From Candidatus Thorarchaeota archaeon (lineage in GTDB: Archaea > Asgardarchaeota > Thorarchaeia > Thorarchaeales > Thorarchaeaceae): DNA of 64,000 bases. Every line of letters starts with the position of its first letter. Within the stretch, counting starts at the first letter, position 1. A model generated the notes under the pieces. It searched no databases. It was not told the origin of the DNA and saw only the letters and a list, made by a program, of their open reading frames with translations. The translations under genes and the position numbers were made by a program. This document shows, piece after piece, positions 46,306 through 55,405 of the stretch. Location: NCBI GenBank assembly GCA_048882325.1, contig JBHLRS010000002.1, positions 64,001 through 128,000 of the forward strand. Direction: 5' to 3'.

Positions 46306-47712
46306 ATGACCGGTCTCAAGACTATGTTAAATCCCAAGGTGACTGCTGTGGTTGGTGTGTCCACAACCAATCCCTTCAGTCCTGGAAATGTGATCTTCAG
46401 AAAACTGGCCTTTGAGAATGGACTCCCCACACATCCTGTCAACCCAAAGGGAGGTACAGTTGAAGGAGTCCATGTCTATAGATCAATCACTGAAGCTCCT
46501 GATGATATCGAACTTGCTGTGATTTCAGTTCCAGCTAGATATGTCCCCGGAGTATTAACAGAATGTGGAGAGAAGAAGATTCGGTCGGTCATTGTTGTAT
46601 CAGGTGGGTTTAGTGAGGTTGGAGAATCAGGAGCTAGTCTTCAGACTGAGATTGTCGAGATAGCTAATAGATACAAGATATCGATGGTAGGTCCAAACTG
46701 CATTGGTGTGTTTGTTCCTGATGTTCTTGATACTTTCTTTCTACCCTCAGAACGTGTAGCTCGTCCTAGAAAGGGAAGTGTTGCAATAATTTCGCAAAGT
46801 GGAGGTTGGTTGATTGAGAGGCTGGAAGAATTCGCAGCAAGAGATGTAGGTATAGCCGCTGCGATATCAATAGGGAACTCTGCTCAGACTAAGGTCACAG
46901 ACTTCATCAATCTATTTGGTAAGGATGACTGTGTTCATGTGATTTTGGCCTATATTGAGGGATTTGGCAATGGTGAAGGGAGAACATTTGTCGAAGCATG
47001 CGAAAAAATTGTTCCGAAGAAGCCAGTTATTGTTTTGAAAGGAGGCGAGTCCGAAGCTGGTCATCGTGCAACTCAGAGTCATACTTCGTCTCTTGCTGGA
47101 GATAATGCTATCACAAATGCCGCATTCAATCAATTTGGTGTGATCCACGCTGTGGATGAAGATGAGGTAATGGCATTTTCTAAAGTTTTCTCGTTCAAGC
47201 CGAAACATATGTCAGGCCCAAGAATAGGGACCTTAACTGTAAGTGGTGGACATGGAGTGATAGCTAGTGATGAAGCATCACATTATGGCCTCAAAATGCC
47301 TCCATTCAGCAAGGAGCAACAAGAGCTAATGCGAGAGGTCATGACTCCAGCCTATCAAGGAATTGCATCGTTCCGCAATCCCTGTGACCTGACAGGTAGT
47401 GCATCGGATATAGATTATGAACAGGTCCTCGACAAAATGCTAGAATTCGAGACTATTGATGCTGCACTTCTTCTGTTGCTACCTTATGCACCAGGAATCT
47501 CTCTTCAAATCGGAGCGAGAGTTGCCAATGTTGCAAAACGTCACACGAAGACTGTCGTTTCCTATGTACCAGACCTCGACAAGTATGAAGTAATAATTCG
47601 AGGATTCGAGCTGAATGGTATTCCAGTAGGTGACACTATAGAAGAGGCTGTTCAAATGCTCAATGGAATCAGAATTCGGTCCAAGTATCTACAGCGCATA
47701 GGAAAGATCTAG
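46306..47712 (+). CDS. ADP-forming acyl-CoA synthetase alpha subunit (AcdA-like CoA-binding protein)
   Basis: PVNPKG, SGGFSE, GPNCIG, SQSGG, SIGN, phospho-His motif SHTSSLAG, NPCDLTG. Confidence 0.9.
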   Translation: MTGLKTMLNPKVTAVVGVSTTNPFSPGNVIFRKLAFENGLPTHPVNPKGGTVEGVHVYRSITEAPDDIELAVISVPARYVPGVLTECGEKKIRSVIVVSGGFSEVGESGASLQTEIVEIANRYKISMVGPNCIGVFVPDVLDTFFLPSERVARPRKGSVAIISQSGGWLIERLEEFAARDVGIAAAISIGNSAQTKVTDFINLFGKDDCVHVILAYIEGFGNGEGRTFVEACEKIVPKKPVIVLKGGESEAGHRATQSHTSSLAGDNAITNAAFNQFGVIHAVDEDEVMAFSKVFSFKPKHMSGPRIGTLTVSGGHGVIASDEASHYGLKMPPFSKEQQELMREVMTPAYQGIASFRNPCDLTGSASDIDYEQVLDKMLEFETIDAALLLLLPYAPGISLQIGARVANVAKRHTKTVVSYVPDLDKYEVIIRGFELNGIPVGDTIEEAVQMLNGIRIRSKYLQRIGKI

Positions 47713-47713
47713 A

Positions 47714-48844
47714 CTAGATGCCACTTGCAACTTTTTGATAGTCAATCCCAAGAGACATCAAGGATTGTACAAGCTTGCCACTCAGTATGAGTTGCTTTGA
47801 TGAAAGTTCCTCCACCTTTTGAGACCCTGTGAGATACATGGCAACACGAAGACCTTCGAGGAATCGTTCAAGTTCAACCACAACGTCTAGTGAAGATCCA
47901 TAAACCGCCTGTCTGAGAAGAGGATGAGCAATTCCAGCTGCTGTTGCTCCTAGAGCAAGTGCCTTGGCAATGTCGAGGCCATTTCTTATTCCCCCTGTAG
48001 CAATGACATCAAGTTCTGTGGAATCTAGAACCATTATAACGCTCAGCGCTGTAGGTATTCCCCAGTCCCAGAACTCAAGTCCTAGTTGGGCTTTAAGATC
48101 GTCGTCTTCCTTTTGAGCGCGGAAATATTCTACTCCAGCCCAACTAGTACCCCCAACACCACCGACATCAATCCCTACGATACCAACCTCTTCGAGCCTC
48201 TTAGCAACATCACCCGAGATCCCTGCACCTGTTTCTTTGATTATGACTGGGATGTCAACCGAGTCCACAATAGCAGCAATGCTTTCTAACGCCCCCTCAG
48301 AGTTGCAATCACCCTCTGGCTGAATTGCCTCTTGAAGAGGGTTGAGATGCACAGCTAAAATGTCAGCATCAATCATAGAAACTGCATCAGGTGCAGATGT
48401 GACATGAGTCGCACCTATGTTCGCAATGACAGGAACAGAGGGAGCTGATTCTCTCACAATCGTGAAGGTGTCTGCAAGGGACGGATCTTCAACAGCAGCT
48501 CGTTGGCTCCCGACGCCTATAGGTAAGCCCAGCTCCTCAGCTGCATTTGCTAATCGTTGATTAACGCTCTTGGTCTTTGGGTGCCCTCCAGTCATCGCTG
48601 CAATGACTAGTGGTGCGCTCGCTCGCAGTCCAAAGAAATTGATGTTTAGATCAATTCTGTCTTTATCAATCTCGGGCAATGCATTGTGAATGAAATCTAT
48701 GTCCTCAAACATTGTTGACCGCTGACACTGAACCTCTTCATCAAGGCAGATCTCGATATGTTCGATTTTTCTACGTTTTGTCATGGATGCTTCAGATACA
48801 TCATCATCAACATCGGAATCATCTAACGGCCTTCCTTCAACCAT
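47714..48844 (-). CDS. fni: Type 2 isopentenyl-diphosphate delta-isomerase
   Basis: RKIEHI, HNALPE, AMTGG, GSQR, HLNPLQE..QPEGD, KETG.G, GGTSW, WGIPT, GGIRNG. Confidence 0.95.
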   Translation of the reverse strand: MVEGRPLDDSDVDDDVSEASMTKRRKIEHIEICLDEEVQCQRSTMFEDIDFIHNALPEIDKDRIDLNINFFGLRASAPLVIAAMTGGHPKTKSVNQRLANAAEELGLPIGVGSQRAAVEDPSLADTFTIVRESAPSVPVIANIGATHVTSAPDAVSMIDADILAVHLNPLQEAIQPEGDCNSEGALESIAAIVDSVDIPVIIKETGAGISGDVAKRLEEVGIVGIDVGGVGGTSWAGVEYFRAQKEDDDLKAQLGLEFWDWGIPTALSVIMVLDSTELDVIATGGIRNGLDIAKALALGATAAGIAHPLLRQAVYGSSLDVVVELERFLEGLRVAMYLTGSQKVEELSSKQLILSGKLVQSLMSLGIDYQKVASGI

Positions 48845-48982
48845 CGCAGTATCACCGATTGTGAACTAGATTGAATGAAAGTACAGATAGGAGTTGTGGT
48901 CGGGGTTCAAAAGCATCAATGATTCAATTTGTTGCGTGATGCGAAGACTTTATTCACGGACTAGACTCAAACGCAGGTTAGT

Positions 48983-49540
48983 GTGGTGCCCATGGCTGAC
49001 GAGGAAAAGATCCGAGTTGAAACTCCTGATGAGGATGAAGTTGCTGAAGAGAGAAAAGGTCTCCTCAGGCCACTACCCTCTGCTGAAGAACCTAAATACT
49101 CCAAGGGAAAGGAACGTCCCCAACCCATTGTCAGGGTCCTTGGCATTTCAATGAGAGAAAAAAGAAAAGACCTATTGATGCTTATTTTGATTCCAGCTAT
49201 GGTAGCTCTCATTGACACGACCATCTATTCCTTTGTAGTCACGGCATCAGTAGAAAGCTCCGCTCTGTTTCTATTCTTCCTACCTGCGATTATCGCTATT
49301 CCAATAGGACTAACATCCTCAGAAGCTGGAAGCGCACTAATTGGAGGTTTTTTGGGAGCAATTTTCTTCCTGATATTTATCATCACATTCCTAGCATCAC
49401 CAGCGATAATTGTCCCTCATTTAGGACTTGGTAATTTCATAGTAAGTGGATTTGCAATCTCACTTGCTTACTTCATACTTATGACCCTTGCAACGGTGCT
49501 TGGTTCAGTGATCGGTATAATCATTCGCGAATTCTTCTGA
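48983..49540 (+). CDS. Hypothetical membrane protein (4 TM)
   Basis: Charged N-terminus followed by four hydrophobic helices. Confidence 0.7.
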   Translation: MVPMADEEKIRVETPDEDEVAEERKGLLRPLPSAEEPKYSKGKERPQPIVRVLGISMREKRKDLLMLILIPAMVALIDTTIYSFVVTASVESSALFLFFLPAIIAIPIGLTSSEAGSALIGGFLGAIFFLIFIITFLASPAIIVPHLGLGNFIVSGFAISLAYFILMTLATVLGSVIGIIIREFF

Positions 49541-49644
49541 GTTCAAAATGAAAACAATACCTCCCAAACCTCGATAAAGCACACCCAGTGGCCATCTCCT
49601 CTGAGCGTAGATTATATTAGTGGCATTCTTTTTGGTACGTTCGC

Positions 49645-50253
49645 ATGAAGCGGATAGGCGTCCTCATTAGTGGACGTGGCTCTAATCTTCAGGCATTGAT
49701 TGACGCTCAGGCTCGGGGAGAACTGGGTGGCGAAATAGTCATAGTTTTGAGTAACAAAAGTAACGCACTTGGTCTTGAAAGAGCTCGAAAAGCAGGGATT
49801 CCCACAGAAGTGGTAACTAAAAACCTTCATCCGGACCGAGAGAAATTTGACAGATATGTGATGCAAGTTCTTGATGAATACAAAGTGGAACTTGTGGTAC
49901 TCGCAGGATTCATGCGCATCCTGAGCGATATTTTTGTGAAATCATACACTAACAAGATAATCAATGTTCATCCCTCACTACTCCCATCATTCAAAGGTGT
50001 GAAGGCACAATGGCAAGCAATCGAACATGGTGTCAAGATTGCTGGATGTTCCACACACTTTGTGACTAGTGAAATGGATGATGGACCAGTTATTCTTCAG
50101 AAATCAGTACCTGTTTTTGAGGATGACACAGGGGATTCACTTGCTAGTAGGATACTACCCCTTGAGCATTCAATTTTGGTGAGTTCGGTCCGCCTGTTTT
50201 GCGAGGAACGGCTTCGTGTCGATGGGAGGAGAGTAAGAATCATAGAGAGTTGA
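49645..50253 (+). CDS. purN: Phosphoribosylglycinamide formyltransferase
   Basis: SGRGSNLQAL, LAGFMRIL, NVHPSLLPSF.G, GCSTHFV...DDGPVI. Confidence 0.96.
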   Translation: MKRIGVLISGRGSNLQALIDAQARGELGGEIVIVLSNKSNALGLERARKAGIPTEVVTKNLHPDREKFDRYVMQVLDEYKVELVVLAGFMRILSDIFVKSYTNKIINVHPSLLPSFKGVKAQWQAIEHGVKIAGCSTHFVTSEMDDGPVILQKSVPVFEDDTGDSLASRILPLEHSILVSSVRLFCEERLRVDGRRVRIIES

Positions 50254-50258
50254 TGAGA

Positions 50259-51659
50259 ATGTGTGGAGTGTTGGGAATTCTAGGAGAATTTTCTTTGAGT
50301 GGTGCGAGAGACCTACTACTCTTGTTAACACATAGAGGGCAGGACGCCTCAGGACTGCTATGGATGGAGGGTGATGATGTTAACGTGGCGAGGGCAATGG
50401 GTAGTCCAGCGAGAATTAAGCTCCCCGCTGAAATGAGTCATTTCATTCTTGGTAGCACTAGGTATCCAACTGTGGGTCGTCGAGTAGCTTCAGAAGATGA
50501 TTTGCAGACTTTTGTTGGACCGTTTCATCACGGGTCTGTGTCACTTACGCATAATGGGAATATAACGAATCTCAGCACACTATCGTCAAGAGAGTATGAT
50601 TGTGACTCTGAGTTTCTTACAGAGAGGTTGTCATGCAACATTGAGGCATGTGACGGGAATCTAGCAAAAGCATTCAAGGTCTTGGAAACAGAGGTCGATG
50701 GAGCATTTAGTGTGGTTGGAATCTTTGACAACAGACTGTTTGCTTATCGGGACAGCAGAGGATTCAAACCTCTAGTTTTTGGTCGAAATGGCGACACCAC
50801 GATTGTTGCATCAGAAAGCACAGTTCTTGATATGGCGGAAGTAACGCTTGAACGTGACGTATATCCAGGAGAGCTATTAATTTTCGACAAAGGTGGTGTC
50901 ATGGAGTCACATTCGATTTTTCAGAACGAACTACATTCTCATTGTTTCTTCGAGTACGTTTATTTTGCGCATCCTGCAGCCATGTTGGAGAATCAGCTTG
51001 TATACGACGTGAGATTCAGATTGGGCAGAGCTCTTGCGCAGACTTTTCTTCGCCTAGGCCTTGAACCCCCAGATTATGTTGCCCCAGTTCCGGACACAAG
51101 CAGACCAGCTGCGCAAGCTATGTCAGAGGTTCTGCAGGTCCCCATGAGAGAGATTATTCTGAAGAACCGATATCTTGGCCGAACATTCATCATGAGGTCG
51201 CAGGAAGAAAGAGACTCCGTTGCACATAACAAATACATCTACCTGGATGATAAAATCAATGGAAAGAACATTCTAGTTGTGGATGACTCCATAGTGAGAG
51301 GGACCACTGCAAGAAAGATAGTACGAGACCTCAAGAAACGTGGGGCAGTCAAAGTATACTTCGCTGTCACCTGTCCACCACAAACCCACCCCTGCTATTA
51401 TGGAATTGATATCTCAACAGATCGAGAATTAATAGCTTCGACATCTAGTATTGAGGAAATTGCAGATTTTGTGCAAGCAGATGCCTTAGTCTATCAGGAA
51501 ACCATAACACTCGAAAACGCAATTGGGCTCAAGGACCTATGTGTGGCATGTCTGGATGGGAAATATCCTACTGAGTATGCACAAAGGATTCGTGAGAAGG
51601 TTCAAGAGATTGGAACTACAACTACAGGGCGTGATTATGAGAGGGATTTGTCAGAATGA
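50259..51659 (+). CDS. purF: Amidophosphoribosyltransferase
   Basis: N-terminal MCG, HRGQD, HNGNI, CFFEYVYFA, VPD, VDDSIVRGTT, PCYYGID, C-x2-C. Confidence 0.95.
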   Translation: MCGVLGILGEFSLSGARDLLLLLTHRGQDASGLLWMEGDDVNVARAMGSPARIKLPAEMSHFILGSTRYPTVGRRVASEDDLQTFVGPFHHGSVSLTHNGNITNLSTLSSREYDCDSEFLTERLSCNIEACDGNLAKAFKVLETEVDGAFSVVGIFDNRLFAYRDSRGFKPLVFGRNGDTTIVASESTVLDMAEVTLERDVYPGELLIFDKGGVMESHSIFQNELHSHCFFEYVYFAHPAAMLENQLVYDVRFRLGRALAQTFLRLGLEPPDYVAPVPDTSRPAAQAMSEVLQVPMREIILKNRYLGRTFIMRSQEERDSVAHNKYIYLDDKINGKNILVVDDSIVRGTTARKIVRDLKKRGAVKVYFAVTCPPQTHPCYYGIDISTDRELIASTSSIEEIADFVQADALVYQETITLENAIGLKDLCVACLDGKYPTEYAQRIREKVQEIGTTTTGRDYERDLSE

Positions 51660-52609
51660 AGATTGGAACAATCGCGAGTCATAGTGCCCTGAACATCATC
51701 TCAGGTGCAAGGGTAGAGGGGTTTGAAACAGAACTATACTGTCCCTCAAATCGCGTGGCATTCTATAGTTCATTTGGTCTTGAGAAGTCAATTGTTGAAA
51801 TCGAGTCGTTTGAACAGATTCTGGAACTGGATCTCTCAGATGTAATCTTGGTTCCTCATGGGTCATTTGTTGCTTACATCGGAGCTGACAAGATTCTGAA
51901 AGCAGACGTGAGGATGTTTGGAAACAAAGAGCTTCTAAGATGGGAGGAAGACCGGAAACTAAAATCCAAACTGATGAGAGAAGCTGGTTTCAATCTACCT
52001 GTGGAATACGCTTCTTTAGAAGACATCGATAGTCCGGTCATCGCTAAGACGCACGGAGCTGCGGGGGGTAATGGTTATTTTATAGCGAAGACCGCTGCTG
52101 AAGCTCAGAGGAAAGCAAATTCCTCCATCGAATACACATTCCAAGAGTACATTGTTGGAACCAAAGTCTTTGTTACTTACTTCAACTCTTTGGCAAAAAG
52201 GAGAACAGAAGTCTTTGGAGCTGACATAAGATACGAAACAGATGCTGACGCCAATCTTCGGTTCGATGACACGCCAAGTTTCATTGTGATAGGAAATATT
52301 CCAGTTGTGCTGCGCGAGTCGATGCTAGGCAAATACTTTGACATGGGAGTGGCTTTTGTGAACGCTTTCAAGCGCCTTTCGAATCAGGATTTGAGCGGAC
52401 CATTTTGTATCGAAACAATCATTGACAAGGAGCAAAAGATCCATAGCTTTGAATTCAGTGGGAGAATAGTTGCTGGAACCAATATCTGGATACCGTCATC
52501 CCCATATTCGTATCTTCAGTTTGGTGAAGCTGTGTGGATGGGTCGGAGAATAGCTATCGAGATACGAGAACTCATGGACCAAGGAAGATTGGACGAAGCA
52601 CTGCGGTGA
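51656..52609 (+). CDS. purP: PurP-family ATP-grasp protein (formate-dependent FAICAR synthetase-like)
   Basis: IASHSALNI..GA..EGF, VPHGSFVAY, GAAGGNGYF, QEYIVG, RYE, GNIPVVLRES, GPFCIET, RIVAGTN, MGRRIA.EI. Confidence 0.88.
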   Translation: MKIGTIASHSALNIISGARVEGFETELYCPSNRVAFYSSFGLEKSIVEIESFEQILELDLSDVILVPHGSFVAYIGADKILKADVRMFGNKELLRWEEDRKLKSKLMREAGFNLPVEYASLEDIDSPVIAKTHGAAGGNGYFIAKTAAEAQRKANSSIEYTFQEYIVGTKVFVTYFNSLAKRRTEVFGADIRYETDADANLRFDDTPSFIVIGNIPVVLRESMLGKYFDMGVAFVNAFKRLSNQDLSGPFCIETIIDKEQKIHSFEFSGRIVAGTNIWIPSSPYSYLQFGEAVWMGRRIAIEIRELMDQGRLDEALR

Positions 52610-52612
52610 AAA

Positions 52613-53698
52613 ATGATGAATGGTGAAAAATTACCAACAATCGGGATGATCGGTTCTCATAGTGCTGAAGAGATTGGTGTTGCAGCACGGTCTCATGGTT
52701 TTCATACAGTCATTGTATGTCAGAAGGGACGCGAAAAATTGTATTCCCATTATAACCAACATCTCTACGATGACATCATTGTTCTGGACCATTTCAAGGA
52801 CATTCTTCGAGAGGACATCCAGAATAGACTACTAGAATTAAACACACTATGGATTCCCAACAGATCATTCTCGGTCTATATCGGATATGATGAAATTGAG
52901 AATGAGTTCAGAATTCCTCTCTATGGAAACAGGATGATACTGCGTGTGGAAGAGAGAGGGTTTCCAAAGGACCAATATTGGTTACTCAAAGAGTCAGGTA
53001 TTAGAGTCCCCCAATCATTCACCCCAGATTCGATTGACAGACTGGCTATTATCAAGGTCCAGCAAAAAGACAAGCCATTAGAAAGAGCATTCTTCTTTGC
53101 CAATTCACCTTCTGATTATGAAAAGGAGAGCACCTCATTGATCGAAGATGGTGTAATTTCGGAAGAAGACTTGAAGAAGGCAATCATCGAGGAGTTTGTG
53201 CTTGCTCCTCGATTTAATGCAAATTTCCAGGCCTATGGTATGAACCATCTTTTTGGTAATCTTGATCTTGTAGGCTTCGATGACCGAATTCAGACCACAC
53301 TGTCAGGATTACTTAACCTTCCGGCAAAGGAACAGATGAAACTCGAAGTTAAGGTGGTGAATGAAGAAGTGGGTCACAAAGGAATAACAATGCGTGAGAG
53401 CAAGAAATCACTTGTCTACGAGGCAGCAGAGCATTTGCTCGAAGGTGTGCAGAAACACTTCCCACCCAAGATGATAGGTCTCTTTTCGCTACAGGGAGCG
53501 ATAACGGACGAATCCGAGTTCATTGTCTTTGATCTTAGCCCGCGCGTTCCTGGTGCACCATGCGTTGGTCCCACAAGTCCAGAGATGAGACGATTATCTC
53601 TCAAGTTCAAGTCTGATATACGATCACCTCTCGATCTCTGCATGATAGATATCAAAGCCGCAGCAAAAAGTGGGAATATCAAAGAGGTGTCGACATGA
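52613..53698 (+). CDS. Second PurP-family (DUF1246/DUF1297) ATP-grasp protein
   Basis: GSHSA..I, CQKGRE, IPNRSFSVY, LERAFF, EEFV, RIQT, EVGH...RES, IGLFSLQGA, SPRVPG. Confidence 0.85.
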   Translation: MMNGEKLPTIGMIGSHSAEEIGVAARSHGFHTVIVCQKGREKLYSHYNQHLYDDIIVLDHFKDILREDIQNRLLELNTLWIPNRSFSVYIGYDEIENEFRIPLYGNRMILRVEERGFPKDQYWLLKESGIRVPQSFTPDSIDRLAIIKVQQKDKPLERAFFFANSPSDYEKESTSLIEDGVISEEDLKKAIIEEFVLAPRFNANFQAYGMNHLFGNLDLVGFDDRIQTTLSGLLNLPAKEQMKLEVKVVNEEVGHKGITMRESKKSLVYEAAEHLLEGVQKHFPPKMIGLFSLQGAITDESEFIVFDLSPRVPGAPCVGPTSPEMRRLSLKFKSDIRSPLDLCMIDIKAAAKSGNIKEVST

Positions 53699-53747
53699 TT
53701 AAAACCAGCTCAAATTGCGACAAATTCAATCCAACGGAGATGACAGC

Positions 53748-54713
53748 ATGAAGCTGATTCATGAAGGAAAAGTCAAGAAAGTCTTCCAAGACCCTGGTTC
53801 CACAGATAGAGTGGTCATTGAATTCACAGACACTGTCACAGCAGGTGATGGCGAGAAGAAGGAGGAAATTGAGGGCAAGGGAGAGCTTGCGTGTAGAATG
53901 ACCGAGTATCTACTTGGATATCTTGAGGGAAAAGGTATCGATACACACTTTGTAAAGCCCCTTGATGGTCCGCAGATGTTAGCAAGGAAGGTTGACATCT
54001 ATCCCATGGAAGTGGTTTGCAGAAACATTGCTGCAGGTTCTTTTTGTCGACGATATGGAGTCGAAAAAGGAACAGTTCTAGAAAAACCTCTTGTTGAGTT
54101 TTTCGTTAAAGATGATAACCTACATGATCCATTGATCACACCGGAAGCTATCATCAGTCTCGGACTGGTATCAGATAAGAATCTACAATTCATGCGTTCA
54201 GTCACCCTCTCGTCAAACTACTATCTTGTAGAGCTATTGAAACAGCAGGGTCTCACTTTGGTGGACTTTAAACTCGAATTTGGTTGCACAGAAGCTGGAC
54301 ACATCGTCATTGCGGATGAGCTCTCAGGTGACACAATGAGAGTTTGGGATGAGAAGTCAAAATCCCTGGACAAAGATGTGTTTCGCGAAGATAAAGGAGA
54401 TCTCATTGAGGTCTATTCAAAACTCGTTGACTCACTGTTGAGTGCTAAGCCAGAGGATGTAAGTAACCGAAACGAAATGATTCAGGTAGTGGTCCAACCA
54501 AAGAGTGGAATAAAAAACCCACCAGGAGAAGTAACCAAAAAAGCATTGATTCGGTTGGGATTTGGTGAAGCAGAGGAAGTTCGAGTAGGAAAGATCTTCA
54601 ACATTTTGCTTCAAAAACCTGTGACTTCTGAAATTCTTAACCAACTCAGTATCATGAACATCAAACTACTATCAAATCCTATATCAGAGAAACATGAGGT
54701 GAGTCTCGACTAG
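53748..54713 (+). CDS. purC: PurC (SAICAR synthetase) fused to a C-terminal PurS domain
   Basis: EGKVKKV, TAGDG, EVVCRNIAAGS, DDNLHDP, VDFKLEFG, ADELSGDTMR, DKDVFR; tail PKSGIKNPPGE..KKAL..LGF..EVRVGK...LLSNP is PurS-like. Confidence 0.9.
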   Translation: MKLIHEGKVKKVFQDPGSTDRVVIEFTDTVTAGDGEKKEEIEGKGELACRMTEYLLGYLEGKGIDTHFVKPLDGPQMLARKVDIYPMEVVCRNIAAGSFCRRYGVEKGTVLEKPLVEFFVKDDNLHDPLITPEAIISLGLVSDKNLQFMRSVTLSSNYYLVELLKQQGLTLVDFKLEFGCTEAGHIVIADELSGDTMRVWDEKSKSLDKDVFREDKGDLIEVYSKLVDSLLSAKPEDVSNRNEMIQVVVQPKSGIKNPPGEVTKKALIRLGFGEAEEVRVGKIFNILLQKPVTSEILNQLSIMNIKLLSNPISEKHEVSLD

Positions 54714-55405
54714 TGTCAATCGCAGTGATTCGTTTTCCGGGGACCAACAATGAAAATGATGTATTAAGGGCACTCGAACAGATTCCAAGAGCTAAACCGT
54801 ACCTCGTGCCCAGTAGAAAAGGTCTTGCGGGTCTGAAAGATGCAGATGCGGTGGTTATTCCGGGTGGTTTCTCTTATGGAGACTACTTGAGGGCGGGAGC
54901 TATAGCTTCAGTTGAGGTCATTGTTGAAGGTATCCGAGATCTAGCGGATGATGGAAAACCAGTTCTTGGAATTTGCAATGGATTTCAGATTCTTGCTGAA
55001 ACGGGATTATTACCTGGAGCTTTGTTACCAAATCAGTCAGCTCGATTCATTTGCAAGTGGGTCTATCTAAAAGTAAGTGAAGAAGTTTCATTATTCACAG
55101 AGAACATGGAGAATGCAGTTATTAGATTACCAATAGCCCATGCAGAGGGTAATTACTTCTGTCCTGATGACTACTTGGTTGCATTGAAGGAGGAAGGACG
55201 AATACCATTTAGGTATTGCGACGCACAAGGCGAGGTCGCAGAAAATTGCAATCCAAATGGGTCAATCGAGAATATTGCAGGAGTAACAAATCAACGAGGT
55301 AATGTGCTTGGAATGATGCCACATCCAGAGAGAGCTGCAAGACCTATCTTGGGCTCTTCAGATGGGTTGCATATTTTTGAGAATTTTGTGAGGGCAGCAA
55401 AATGA
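54713..55405 (+). CDS. purQ: FGAM synthase glutaminase subunit
   Basis: FPGTN, PGGFSYGDYLRAG, GICNGFQ, IAHAEG, NPNGS, MMPHPER. Confidence 0.96.
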   Translation: MSIAVIRFPGTNNENDVLRALEQIPRAKPYLVPSRKGLAGLKDADAVVIPGGFSYGDYLRAGAIASVEVIVEGIRDLADDGKPVLGICNGFQILAETGLLPGALLPNQSARFICKWVYLKVSEEVSLFTENMENAVIRLPIAHAEGNYFCPDDYLVALKEEGRIPFRYCDAQGEVAENCNPNGSIENIAGVTNQRGNVLGMMPHPERAARPILGSSDGLHIFENFVRAAK

